A stretch of DNA of 48,911 nucleotides from the NCBI GenBank assembly GCA_040235515.1, contig JBECKX010000102.1, positions 1 to 48,911 on the forward strand, written 5' to 3'. Both the position numbers and the translations under genes were made by a program. The notes beneath the pieces were generated by a model that was not told where the DNA came from, searched no databases, and saw only the letters and a program-made list of their open reading frames with translations. How positions within the stretch are numbered: the stretch's first letter is position 1; each line of letters starts with the position of its first letter. Source of the DNA: Candidatus Zixiibacteriota bacterium. GTDB taxonomy: Bacteria > Zixibacteria > MSB-5A5 > CAIYYT01. Of the stretch, positions 40,542-48,911 are shown one piece after another.

Positions 40542-41633
40542 GCTGTGGCAGAGACCAAAGTCAGTGCTGCAGGAATCAACACCGAAGAACTCTCGCTTCA
40601 GCTGGGAAAAGTCGCAGCAAAGCTGACTCCCAAGGCGTTTCGCAAACAGTTTGGGCGACGCTATCATACTTTGCTCGCGGCTACCGGTATCGACTGGGAA
40701 ATCAGCGGTGACGCAGTCGGAGCCGAACGCAAGTCAAGCGATGGCGGAACCTTGTCGATCAGGCTTGAATTCCCGAAGGGCCGGAAGTATCTCTTGCTTT
40801 CGCGCGCACTCACGGGGCTGACTGATTCGATCGTTGGCAAAGTGGTGGATGACCTTTGCTGCCTCGTCAACGATTGGTCCCTTGCCGTTTCCTCGGACCA
40901 CACCGCTTCATCGGAGCCAGAATCCAATGGTAGCGACCGCGGCGAAACCGAACTTTCGCCGAGAGTTATCTCATCGAGCAATCATATCCCCGATTTCACA
41001 CCATCGCGACTGGCACACAAACTCCGTAACTACCTGACCCCGATCATTTCCGGAGCAGGGCAGATACAGGAAACCGCCAGGATCGAAGGGCAGGATGATC
41101 AAGCCTCGATGGCACAGATCGTGGTACTCGGTGCTCGACACCAGGATCAGTTGCTCAACCGCTTCATGCTCGCCTATGGACCGGTTGAAATCCGTCGCGG
41201 CGAGATCAACCTCGTGGATCTTCTTCATTCGATCCTGAGCGCCTACCGCTCGCGTGGTCATCGCTCCCTCGAGATTGGCACGCTGCCGGAGGAAATACTC
41301 TGCTATCAAGATGACACAATCGTGCGCAATATCTATTGCGAACTCATAGATAACGCCCTCGACGCCGCCGGCGATACACCGATTGCCATCAGCCTGACAC
41401 ACGACGAGGATTCGACTTCGTTGCAGGTCGTCAGTCCGGGCAATTCGACGGTGGCCGAAATCGAGGGGCAGTTCTTCAGCGCATTCTACAGCCGCAAGGG
41501 TGGGCATGATGGGCTAGGACTTCCAATCGCTCGCAGGCTTGCACGTGAGTTGGGTGGCGATGTACGCTGCTCCACCGCGGAGGATGCCATCTGCTTCGAA
41601 GTCATAATTCCACGGAATCTCAATAATTTCTGA
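40515..41633 (+). CDS. Cytoplasmic histidine-kinase-like protein with degenerate motifs
   Basis: H-box LAHKLRNYLTPI; N-box ELIDNALDA; F-box FFSAFYSRK; G2 GHDGLGL; G1 box replaced by SPGNS; no TM. Confidence 0.75.
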   Translation: MQSQMEHETAVAETKVSAAGINTEELSLQLGKVAAKLTPKAFRKQFGRRYHTLLAATGIDWEISGDAVGAERKSSDGGTLSIRLEFPKGRKYLLLSRALTGLTDSIVGKVVDDLCCLVNDWSLAVSSDHTASSEPESNGSDRGETELSPRVISSSNHIPDFTPSRLAHKLRNYLTPIISGAGQIQETARIEGQDDQASMAQIVVLGARHQDQLLNRFMLAYGPVEIRRGEINLVDLLHSILSAYRSRGHRSLEIGTLPEEILCYQDDTIVRNIYCELIDNALDAAGDTPIAISLTHDEDSTSLQVVSPGNSTVAEIEGQFFSAFYSRKGGHDGLGLPIARRLARELGGDVRCSTAEDAICFEVIIPRNLNNF

Positions 41634-41658
41634 TTGAGTTGAGTGAAAGGATTAAGTA

Positions 41659-43032
41659 ATGGCCGCAATACTTATAGTAGACGACGATCGTAACCTCTGC
41701 AACGCCCTCAAGGTCTTGCTGAGCCGCAGTGGCTACGATACCGACTGCGCCATGTCGATCGAAGAGGCCACCAATCGCCTGCAGAGTCGCTTCTACGATG
41801 TCGTGGTAACTGACCTGCGCATCGCGGAGGACTCCGGCCTCGATGTCATTGAGATGGCGAAGCGTTACACGCCGGATGTCGAGGTGATCGTTCTCACAGG
41901 CTACGGAACCGTCGATTCGGCGGTGGCCGCCATCAAGAAGGGCGCCTTCGATTACATGACCAAGCCGTTCAACGAAGAAGAACTGAGAGTACAGGTGCGC
42001 AAAGCTCTCGAGCAGCGGCAGTTGAAAACCGAACTCCAATACCTCAGACGCGCCTTCAAAGAACAGTTTAATTTCGAAAACATCGTCGGGCAGTCGGAGG
42101 CGATCAAGTCGCTCATCGACGTTGTCAAGCAGGTAGCGCCGCAGGAAATCAACGTCCTGATCACGGGTGACTCCGGGACCGGCAAAGAACTCTTCGCCAA
42201 GGCGATCCATAACAACTCGGCACGCAAGAACCACAAGTTCGTCGCGATCAATTGTTCGGCGATGCCCGACCTGCTCCTGGAATCCGAATTATTCGGACAC
42301 GTGAAGGGTGCCTTCACCTCCGCAACCACCAACAAGAAAGGGTTGTTTGAGGATGCCGAAGGCGGCACCGTTTTCCTTGATGAAGTCGGTGACACCTCAC
42401 CGGCGCTCCAGGCCAAACTATTGCGCGTGTTGCAGGAGGGCGAAATTCGTCCCGTCGGCTCCAATGATACACTTAAAGCGAATGTCCGCATTATCGCCGC
42501 CACCAACCGCCGCCTCGAGCAACTGGTTGCCAAAGGTAAATTCCGCGAAGATCTCTATTATCGCCTCAATGTCGTACCGATCTCGATTCCGCCGCTCACC
42601 GAGCGTCGCGAAGATATCGTCCCCCTGGCTCAGCACTTCCTGATCAGGTATTGCCGTCACTTCAACAAGAGCGAGAAGCGCTTTACCGAATCGGCCTGCG
42701 ATAAGCTGATCCAGCACGATTGGCCCGGCAACGTCCGTGAACTCGAGAATACGATCAAGCGCGCCGTGGCGCTCTCGATCAGCGATACGATCGATGTGGA
42801 TAACCTCTTCCTGATGAGACCGCTGGCACGCGACTTCGAGGTCGAAGCACGTCCGAGCGGGATTAAGGCGATTCGCAACACCAAGTCGATGGAAGATATC
42901 CAGCGCGAACATATCGTCCGCAGCCTGCGAGAGAATAACTGGAATTACTCGCTGACGGCTAATAAGCTCGGGATCGGCCGCACCACCCTCTGGCGTAAAG
43001 TGAAGAAATTCAATATCGCCAAGGAGAAATAG
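41659..43032 (+). CDS. NtrC/AtoC-family sigma54-dependent response regulator
   Basis: Receiver (IVDDD, TDLR, TKPF); GDSGTGKE; ESELFGHVKGAFTSA; FLDEVG; FREDLYYRL; WPGNVRELEN; Fis-type HTH LGIGRTTLWRK. Confidence 0.96.
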   Translation: MAAILIVDDDRNLCNALKVLLSRSGYDTDCAMSIEEATNRLQSRFYDVVVTDLRIAEDSGLDVIEMAKRYTPDVEVIVLTGYGTVDSAVAAIKKGAFDYMTKPFNEEELRVQVRKALEQRQLKTELQYLRRAFKEQFNFENIVGQSEAIKSLIDVVKQVAPQEINVLITGDSGTGKELFAKAIHNNSARKNHKFVAINCSAMPDLLLESELFGHVKGAFTSATTNKKGLFEDAEGGTVFLDEVGDTSPALQAKLLRVLQEGEIRPVGSNDTLKANVRIIAATNRRLEQLVAKGKFREDLYYRLNVVPISIPPLTERREDIVPLAQHFLIRYCRHFNKSEKRFTESACDKLIQHDWPGNVRELENTIKRAVALSISDTIDVDNLFLMRPLARDFEVEARPSGIKAIRNTKSMEDIQREHIVRSLRENNWNYSLTANKLGIGRTTLWRKVKKFNIAKEK

Positions 43033-43103
43033 GTCCGTCGCAAAATCGAAAACCGACTACCTGCTTGTTTCATATTGGACTTGAACGGCCGGCAAGTTGA
43101 CTC

Positions 43104-43141
43104 AAGCACCGTTGGATTTCTCCCCGACGGTGCTTTTTTTT
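43104..43141 (+). terminator. Intrinsic terminator
   Basis: AAGCACCGTTGG-ATTTCTCC-CCGACGGTGCTT followed by a T-run. Confidence 0.88.
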
Positions 43142-43203
43142 AGGGCGAGATGATCGGTTACAATCCAAACCTATTTTTGATCCATTTTTCTACCCCCCGC
43201 GTG

Positions 43204-43228
43204 GGAACCATCAGAAAGCCCTGTTGTT
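43204..43228 (+). promoter_or_regulatory. Candidate autoregulatory ECF promoter (GGAAC-N17-GTT)
   Basis: GGAAC CATCAGAAAGCCCTGTT GTT, 46 nt upstream of the sigma ATG; resembles SigR/SigH-type GGAAY-N17/18-GTT. Confidence 0.65.
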
Positions 43229-43274
43229 TCTTAAGATTGACAAACGGTTTCTGGTTAATTAGATAGCAACCAAG

Positions 43275-43862
43275 ATGTTTGGTAAGTCTTCCAGAAACCA
43301 GAAGAAGCACGACTTCGAAAGCGAGGCTATGGTTCATACCGAGGCCTTGTATCGAACCGCGCTGCGAATGACGAAAAATGAAGTCGACGCGGAGGACCTG
43401 GTACAGGAGACGTTGTTAAAGGCTTATCGAAGCTTCGATCGATTCGAAAAAGGCACCAACGCCAAAGCGTGGTTGTTCAAGATAATGACCAACACCTTTA
43501 TCAACAACTACCGCGCCAAACAGAAAGAATCAACTTCGATCTCCTACGACGATGTCGACGACAGTTACCTCCACAGCCAACTTCGTGATAAACCGTCCGA
43601 AACCGGTAACCCGGAACGGGACTTCTTCAATAAGATTCTTGACCGCGACGTGGTTGAGGCGATTGAAAAGCTCCCCGCTGAGTTCAGGATGGTGGTGGTG
43701 CTCGCCTTCAACGAAGGCTTCGCCTATCAGGAGATCGCGGACATCCTCGGTATCCAGGTAGGAACCGTCAAATCAAGGCTGCACCGGGGTCGTAAAATGT
43801 TGCAGAAACTTCTCTGGGAATATGCTAACGATGGAAATTCTAAGGAAAGAGCCGAACAGTGA
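43275..43862 (+). CDS. ECF sigma factor (SigR/SigH-like)
   Basis: [63 protein letters not shown]. Confidence 0.95.
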   Translation: MFGKSSRNQKKHDFESEAMVHTEALYRTALRMTKNEVDAEDLVQETLLKAYRSFDRFEKGTNAKAWLFKIMTNTFINNYRAKQKESTSISYDDVDDSYLHSQLRDKPSETGNPERDFFNKILDRDVVEAIEKLPAEFRMVVVLAFNEGFAYQEIADILGIQVGTVKSRLHRGRKMLQKLLWEYANDGNSKERAEQ

Positions 43863-44641
43863 ATTGTCGTGAAGTACTAGCTCGCTTGTATGAATATCTC
43901 GACACTGAGCTTGACGAGAATGACCGCAAGAGCGTCGACACCCATCTTGAGTTCTGCACCGACTGCCTCAAAAAGTATGAACTGGAAGAAGAATTCAACA
44001 AAGTCGTAAAATCAAAATCAGCCAGCCATGCTGACGTCGCCAGCCTCAAGAGCCGTGTGCTCAACGAAATCGACAAAATCGATCGCGGTGGCGGCAGCAG
44101 TGGCGCGGGCACGCGTAGCGTCCTGTTCCTGCTCGCCCCGCTGGCGGCAGCGATTGTCATCACCCTGTTGGCGATCCAGCCCTGGTCACCCAACACCAAG
44201 GGCAAAAACCTTGAACGCTTCGGTCCACTCGCAGCCGAGCACAGCAAGTGCCTGAGTGAACTGAAAGAGTTCAAGATCGAGTCTTCCGATCCGCAGGAAG
44301 TCTACGCCGTCATGAAGGAAGTCGGTGTGCTTCCCGAGCAGCTCTTCACCAGCCACCAGGGCGAGATCGATATGCTCAAGGGTGGTGTGGCTCACACAAC
44401 CTACGGCACCGGCCCGCATCTCGACTACCAACTCAAGAATGGCAATGTTTCACTGATCGTACTCCCGAAAGGCCATATCGACAAGAGCGGACTCGACCGT
44501 GTCGAGAACAACGGCACCGAGTTCTACTTCGGCTCATGTCCGAAGTATCAGTATGTGGTCTGGGAATGGGATAATCAGGACTATGTCGCCATCAGCGAGA
44601 TGGAAGAAGAAAAGTTGATGGACTTCATCACGACTTTCTGA
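43859..44641 (+). CDS. Zinc-binding anti-sigma factor (zf-HC2/ZAS) with TM helix and extracytoplasmic domain
   Basis: MNC...LYEYLD.EL...HLEFCTDC (Hx3Cx2C); [25 protein letters not shown] overlap with the sigma stop. Confidence 0.9.
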   Translation: MNCREVLARLYEYLDTELDENDRKSVDTHLEFCTDCLKKYELEEEFNKVVKSKSASHADVASLKSRVLNEIDKIDRGGGSSGAGTRSVLFLLAPLAAAIVITLLAIQPWSPNTKGKNLERFGPLAAEHSKCLSELKEFKIESSDPQEVYAVMKEVGVLPEQLFTSHQGEIDMLKGGVAHTTYGTGPHLDYQLKNGNVSLIVLPKGHIDKSGLDRVENNGTEFYFGSCPKYQYVVWEWDNQDYVAISEMEEEKLMDFITTF

Positions 44642-44685
44642 AGTCTCAGCCGCAATACGATCATCACTGCGTCCGCACGGTGTAC

Positions 44686-44772
44686 TCAGAACCCGGACGC
44701 CTCCAAACCATAATAGCCAATCACCAACGCCGACAGGCAAACCGCAATCGCTAAGAAAATCGTGCACCCCAT
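44686..44772 (-). CDS. Possible 28-aa hydrophobic small protein or gene remnant
   Basis: MGCTIFLAIAVCLSALVIGYYGLEASGF*, preceded by AGGGGT-AAGACA-ATG. Confidence 0.3.
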   Translation of the reverse strand: MGCTIFLAIAVCLSALVIGYYGLEASGF

Positions 44773-44774
44773 TG

Positions 44775-44817
44775 TCTTACCCCTGTTTAGTTGTTTCTTA
44801 CCCCTGTTTAGTTGTTT
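44775..44817. repeat. Exact 21-bp tandem duplication spanning the stop codon of the propeller gene
   Basis: TCTTACCCCTGTTTAGTTGTT at 44775-44795 and 44796-44816. Confidence 0.9.
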
Positions 44818-45923
44818 TGAACTGGACAGATACGTATCGTGCTTGATAGCCCCGCCGGCGGGTTGATCACCTCTACGAAATCGTAGGTGTCAAGATCCAG
44901 CTTTAGAATGGGCCCGTCCTGGGAGCCATCACCACCATTCATCAGAAACGCGTACTTGCCGTCCGGTGTGAAAGTCATGTCGCTGGGATCCAATTCGAAG
45001 GTATCCCTTGCGGCTCCGAAATCACGCCCGTCAAACAGTTTCCGCATCGCTAGTTTGTTCAAATCGAGTTCCCAGACGGAACTGGGATTTCCCAGACCAA
45101 ACACATCTCTCACCGGTTCCACGAAGAAAACCCGAACGCCATCCGGATGAACGAACGGCCCTATGTAAGCCGGGACCGACTCGAACAGTACCTCCATTGT
45201 CTCTGCATCGCGAACCTGAATCACCGAACCGGAACAGCAAGGATAATCACCCGCGTAGATAATCAGCTCGGTTCCATCCGCCGAATACGCCACGGCTCCG
45301 ACACTGATCGCTCCCCCCTCTTTGTATTCAAGCGCCACAGAACGCGCGGTGATCTTGTCTGAGCTGAAGTCGAGGAATAACAGACTGTCGATAGCCTCGT
45401 TTCCGATGACCGCGATCTCCCTCAGCGGGTGCATCGCCCCGATAGACCAGGAATTCTCCCGGGACTCTTCATAAACCACCTCCAATCCCGGCAGGCTGAT
45501 CAGCTTCAATACCCCCCCATCGGACAGCAGCAAATACCTGTCATCGTGCGACACCGACAGCCAGTTCCCCCCCACGCCATCCAGCAGCGCCAGGGTATCC
45601 CCCGAAGCGTAATCGGTCACCCATGTCGCAGCAGTGTATGCCCGCTGTACCGTGTAGTAAGCATAGCGCCCGTCGTGCGAGAAGCGTACGTCCCGATATG
45701 GGTAGTGGCCGTAGTAGGCTGAATCCAGCAACTCCCCGGTCATTGTGCTGTAGGTATAGACTGAGGAGTTGTAGAAACCACCTCCAAAGCTGTAGAGCAG
45801 GTGGTAGTCCTTTTCTGCTATCTCGGTGCCCGGGCAGTTTGGACAGTCATCCTTACTGCACCCGTTCACCACAAACAGCGTGAGCATGATCCCTACCAGA
45901 TAGACTGATCCCTTTGATTTCAA
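44808..45923 (-). CDS. Lipoprotein with YncE-like/WD40-type beta-propeller
   Basis: Lipobox VVNG-C followed by DDCPNCP; repeats FSHDGRYAY, VSHDDRYLL, YSADGTEL, HPDGVRVF, FTPDGKYAF; TTG start with GGAG SD. Confidence 0.8.
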   Translation of the reverse strand: MKSKGSVYLVGIMLTLFVVNGCSKDDCPNCPGTEIAEKDYHLLYSFGGGFYNSSVYTYSTMTGELLDSAYYGHYPYRDVRFSHDGRYAYYTVQRAYTAATWVTDYASGDTLALLDGVGGNWLSVSHDDRYLLLSDGGVLKLISLPGLEVVYEESRENSWSIGAMHPLREIAVIGNEAIDSLLFLDFSSDKITARSVALEYKEGGAISVGAVAYSADGTELIIYAGDYPCCSGSVIQVRDAETMEVLFESVPAYIGPFVHPDGVRVFFVEPVRDVFGLGNPSSVWELDLNKLAMRKLFDGRDFGAARDTFELDPSDMTFTPDGKYAFLMNGGDGSQDGPILKLDLDTYDFVEVINPPAGLSSTIRICPVQNN

Positions 45924-46135
45924 TGTACTCCGCCTTTCTCAGGTTTTCACCTGGCATGATTGCACCCCTTCCCATGCGCTCATCAAGTAAGAGGGATTCG
46001 CGATGTTGCTTCAACGCATGGCGATTCAGCCGGGCCTGCAGTGGGAACTGATATGCAATAACATGAACATGTAAAATCTTGTCAGCTGATATCTGCTCAG
46101 TCCCGGCGATCCAGTTCTGTCACCACAAATTCAAC

Positions 46136-46164
46136 TTCGTATTCCACTTCAATCTCTTTATAAT
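46136..46164 (+). promoter_or_regulatory. Candidate sigma70 promoter giving a leaderless mRNA
   Basis: TTCGTA-N17-TATAAT ending 6 nt before the ATG at 46171; no SD. Confidence 0.55.
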
Positions 46165-46170
46165 GGCACA

Positions 46171-48054
46171 ATGAAACGGCTTCTGATTGCAGTCGGCGCG
46201 GCGCTGGCGCTGCTCATATTGTCATCGGGGTGCGGCACCAATGGCGAACCGCACAAATCATCACTGCTACCAGACTCCCCCATCGATTGGCGCAGCTGGA
46301 TCGAAGCTGCCTTTGCGGAAGCCAGGTCTGCCGACAAGCTGGTCTTCCTCTATCTTGACCCCTTCTGGTGCGAACCATGTGTGAGGATGAAGGAGAAAAC
46401 CTTTACCGACCCGCGCATTGTTGAGCTGCTCTCCGACAATTTCATCACTATCTACTCCAACAGCGAACGCGACCCGAGCCTCTACGAGCGCTACCAGCTC
46501 GGAACATTTCCTTCCTGCCTTATCCTGACTCCGGATGCCGGTATGCTGGGGGGCAGCAACGCTCTTCCGCCCGACTCGTTGTTGGTGTTGTTGAATCGCA
46601 TCCTCGATATCAAGAAGTCACGCCCCGAAGTGCTCTCAGAACAATCGAATCGTCTCGAACAGGACTACCGCGAAACAGTCGCCCGAATCGTTCCCGGCCG
46701 ACCGTCGGAAGATATCATCAACAACACCGAGCGGGCTATCTTGAGTCTCTATGACTCGACCTTCTACGGATTCGGTGATCAGCCGAAGTACCCACTGCCG
46801 GAAGCGCTCCGATTCATGCTGGCGGCAGTCACTCCGGAGGATCTTGCGTTTGAGTCGCAACTCACCAATACACTCAATGCTCAACTGTCACTCTACGATA
46901 CCGTGTGGGGCGGCTTCGGAAGGTCGGCTCGCACGGCTGACTGGCTCGATATCAGCTATGAGAAACTGCTTGATCTCAACACCGATCTCGCGTTGCTCTA
47001 CTTCGATGCCTCCTGGATCATGAACGATTCCAGTTACGCCGAGATCGCAGCAGGCACCCTTGATTACATCTGGAATTTCCTCCGCCCGCAGGCACGCTGG
47101 GGGTATTACAACAGCCAGCGGGGATTCCTGCGCGACACGACCGGGATGGAACCGATCAGCCCGGCTGCTTACTTTGCGCTCTCCGGAGAGGAGAGACTGC
47201 AGTATGGTACACCCGCCATTGACACGCTCGTGTACGCGGGCACTACCGCCAAAGCCGTATCCGCCTTCCTCCGTGTCGGCCGTGCCCTCAAACAAACCGA
47301 GTGGCAGGACTATGCACTGGCGACCCTCGACTCGCTGATCGCCACGTCGATCGCGCGCAACGGCGCGGTGCGCCATCAACTGATCCCTGCAGCCGACCTT
47401 CCGGCGGGATTGCTTCCCGATCAGACGGCTGTTGCCGCCGCGCTCATCGATGCCTACGAAACAACCGGTGAGCGCAACTACCTGACCGCAGCCGAACTGG
47501 TAGCATCCTTCATTATCAATTCGCTGGAGGATCGTCAGTTGGGGGGCCTGCGTTATGAAGCGGGGATCAAGAACGCCGTCGGGCGCGAACAGGTGCAGAT
47601 CAAACCATACATTCCCAACTCTGAGGCGGTCTGGTTGTTCACGCGGCTTTACTACCTGACAGCAAACTCGAACTACCAGCGACCGGCCGAATCAACGCTG
47701 CGCTACGTAGTGTCCCTACCCGTCAATCGTGAGGATATCAGGCTGCCCTATCTGGCCAGCGCCTACATGAACCTGACTCGCTTCCCCACTCTGATAGTAA
47801 TGGAGGGCGAGCGGAATGACTCGTACCAGGGACTACTCGATGAATTGTGGCAGAACTACTACCCCCGTGAGGTCGTCGTCCATCTGGGGCCTGCTGACGG
47901 CCAGCAGACCCACGGACTGCTCACCTTTCCCAAATCGGTGCGTCCCCTGATGTTTGCCTGCGGTTATGACACCCTCTCCACCTCGATCTTCGAGCCGGAG
48001 AACGTGCACCCTCAAATCAGCCGCTTCCTGCGCAGATACCAGATATCGCGCTAG
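46171..48054 (+). CDS. DUF255/YyaL(SPATA20)-like lipoprotein: thioredoxin domain plus alpha/alpha-toroid
   Basis: Lipobox LSSG-C; PIDWRSW...AFAEAR..DKLVFL...WCEPC..M...TF; YD..FYGFGDQPKYP; LYD.VWGGF; YEKLL. Confidence 0.85.
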   Translation: MKRLLIAVGAALALLILSSGCGTNGEPHKSSLLPDSPIDWRSWIEAAFAEARSADKLVFLYLDPFWCEPCVRMKEKTFTDPRIVELLSDNFITIYSNSERDPSLYERYQLGTFPSCLILTPDAGMLGGSNALPPDSLLVLLNRILDIKKSRPEVLSEQSNRLEQDYRETVARIVPGRPSEDIINNTERAILSLYDSTFYGFGDQPKYPLPEALRFMLAAVTPEDLAFESQLTNTLNAQLSLYDTVWGGFGRSARTADWLDISYEKLLDLNTDLALLYFDASWIMNDSSYAEIAAGTLDYIWNFLRPQARWGYYNSQRGFLRDTTGMEPISPAAYFALSGEERLQYGTPAIDTLVYAGTTAKAVSAFLRVGRALKQTEWQDYALATLDSLIATSIARNGAVRHQLIPAADLPAGLLPDQTAVAAALIDAYETTGERNYLTAAELVASFIINSLEDRQLGGLRYEAGIKNAVGREQVQIKPYIPNSEAVWLFTRLYYLTANSNYQRPAESTLRYVVSLPVNREDIRLPYLASAYMNLTRFPTLIVMEGERNDSYQGLLDELWQNYYPREVVVHLGPADGQQTHGLLTFPKSVRPLMFACGYDTLSTSIFEPENVHPQISRFLRRYQISR

Positions 48055-48067
48055 CCCACGCCAAAGC

Positions 48068-48910
48068 TTATTTGTCTACCAGCGGTTTCAGCGACGCCGG
48101 AAACTCGCTGGCGTAGGCATACCCGGTCCGCAACGTCTGCGCCCTGGTTGACGCATCTGCACGACGATACTGCGCCGCCATCTTGGGATTGTACTCGATT
48201 CGCGGCGTCACGAAAATTCTGAACATCAAAGTCTGAAAACCGACCTGTGCCTGCGCCTGCAGTATCGGGTTGCTGAAATCTTCATTGATCTGTCGAATGC
48301 GCCAGCTCAGTTGCTCCGGCGCATCTGTTTCACGATCGATCTGCGGACGTGGAAGATCCTCGTTGGGCTGGAAATAGCCGATGTAGAACGGCTCAAAATT
48401 GAAATACCAATCGACCGGGTACGTGTTCGTCCCCACCACGGCGTTGTCAAAATCGGCCCCGGCCCACAATGGCCGGTTCGGCACAAACACCTGATTCGGC
48501 TCATCGAATGACGCGTCAAAACTGACCAGCTGAATCTCAGTGTTCGCTTCGCAGAACAGGAATGAAATCGAATCAACGAACACGCCTCCGACACCCTCAG
48601 GAAGCCTGAACTCCTTGAGCCAGTAGTAATCGAATACATCGACCTGCCAGCAAGCGTCAGCGCCTTCATCGTCAGCGATCACCCATGCGCTGCCACTGAG
48701 TATGTATACCTCAACGCTGTCCCGCGTCTGGTTCCCGGCGGTCGGGGTGTTGATGTAGACGACCGCACGATGCACACCCACACCAACCAATTCTGAACGA
48801 TCCGCCGTCAGCATGATTGTGGCGTCACCCTCCCCCGATTGCGCGGAAAGCGTCAGCCAGTCTCCCTGGTCGGCGGAGGAACGCTTGGCGGTGCCGGTAC
48901 GATAATCCAG
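48068..48910 (-). CDS. Hypothetical exported protein, C-terminal part, with BACON-like segment (5' end outside window)
   Basis: Frame stays open from 48814 to the window edge (LDYRTGTAKRSSADQGDWLTLSAQSGEGDATIMLTAD...). WLTLS..SG.G..TI is BACON-like. Confidence 0.65.
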   Translation of the reverse strand: MDYRTGTAKRSSADQGDWLTLSAQSGEGDATIMLTADRSELVGVGVHRAVVYINTPTAGNQTRDSVEVYILSGSAWVIADDEGADACWQVDVFDYYWLKEFRLPEGVGGVFVDSISFLFCEANTEIQLVSFDASFDEPNQVFVPNRPLWAGADFDNAVVGTNTYPVDWYFNFEPFYIGYFQPNEDLPRPQIDRETDAPEQLSWRIRQINEDFSNPILQAQAQVGFQTLMFRIFVTPRIEYNPKMAAQYRRADASTRAQTLRTGYAYASEFPASLKPLVDK

Positions 48911-48911
48911 T

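Noticed and set aside
44775..44817. CRISPR array or att site
   Set aside because: Two abutting copies with no spacer; no cas or integrase genes.

Overview
Chromosomal window of a bacterium of moderately high GC. The dockerin-like 'DAVYIINFIFGGGPAP' C-terminal tails and gene content suggest candidate phylum Zixibacteria (FCB group); this is inference. About 32 genes, two of them cut by the window edges. Metabolic and housekeeping genes include acs, glgP, pdxS/pdxT, mntP, an AsnB-family amidotransferase, an S9 peptidase and a NifS-SelD fusion. Signalling genes include Lrp, an FHA-GAF-PP2C phosphatase, two histidine kinases, an NtrC-family regulator and an ECF sigma/anti-sigma pair. Exported proteins include two large dockerin-tailed proteins, a PEP-CTERM protein and several lipoproteins. 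No rRNA, tRNA, CRISPR array, transposase or prophage was recognised. Most interesting signals: (1) a stand-alone two-gene operon of an orphan GlmL-like ATPase plus an uncharacterised 376-aa partner, with a perfect-consensus sigma70 promoter and its own terminator but no B12 mutase; (2) a translationally coupled cupredoxin / histidine kinase / outer-membrane-barrel trio; (3) a GGAAC-N17-GT motif upstream of five genes including the ECF sigma, outlining a candidate stress regulon; (4) dockerin-like tails on a protease and a repeat-rich surface protein; (5) a ~110-nt nested rod-like hairpin in an intergenic region; (6) a sigma54 promoter with candidate enhancer boxes upstream of the PEP-CTERM gene. 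All calls come from reading motifs by eye; no database searches were run.
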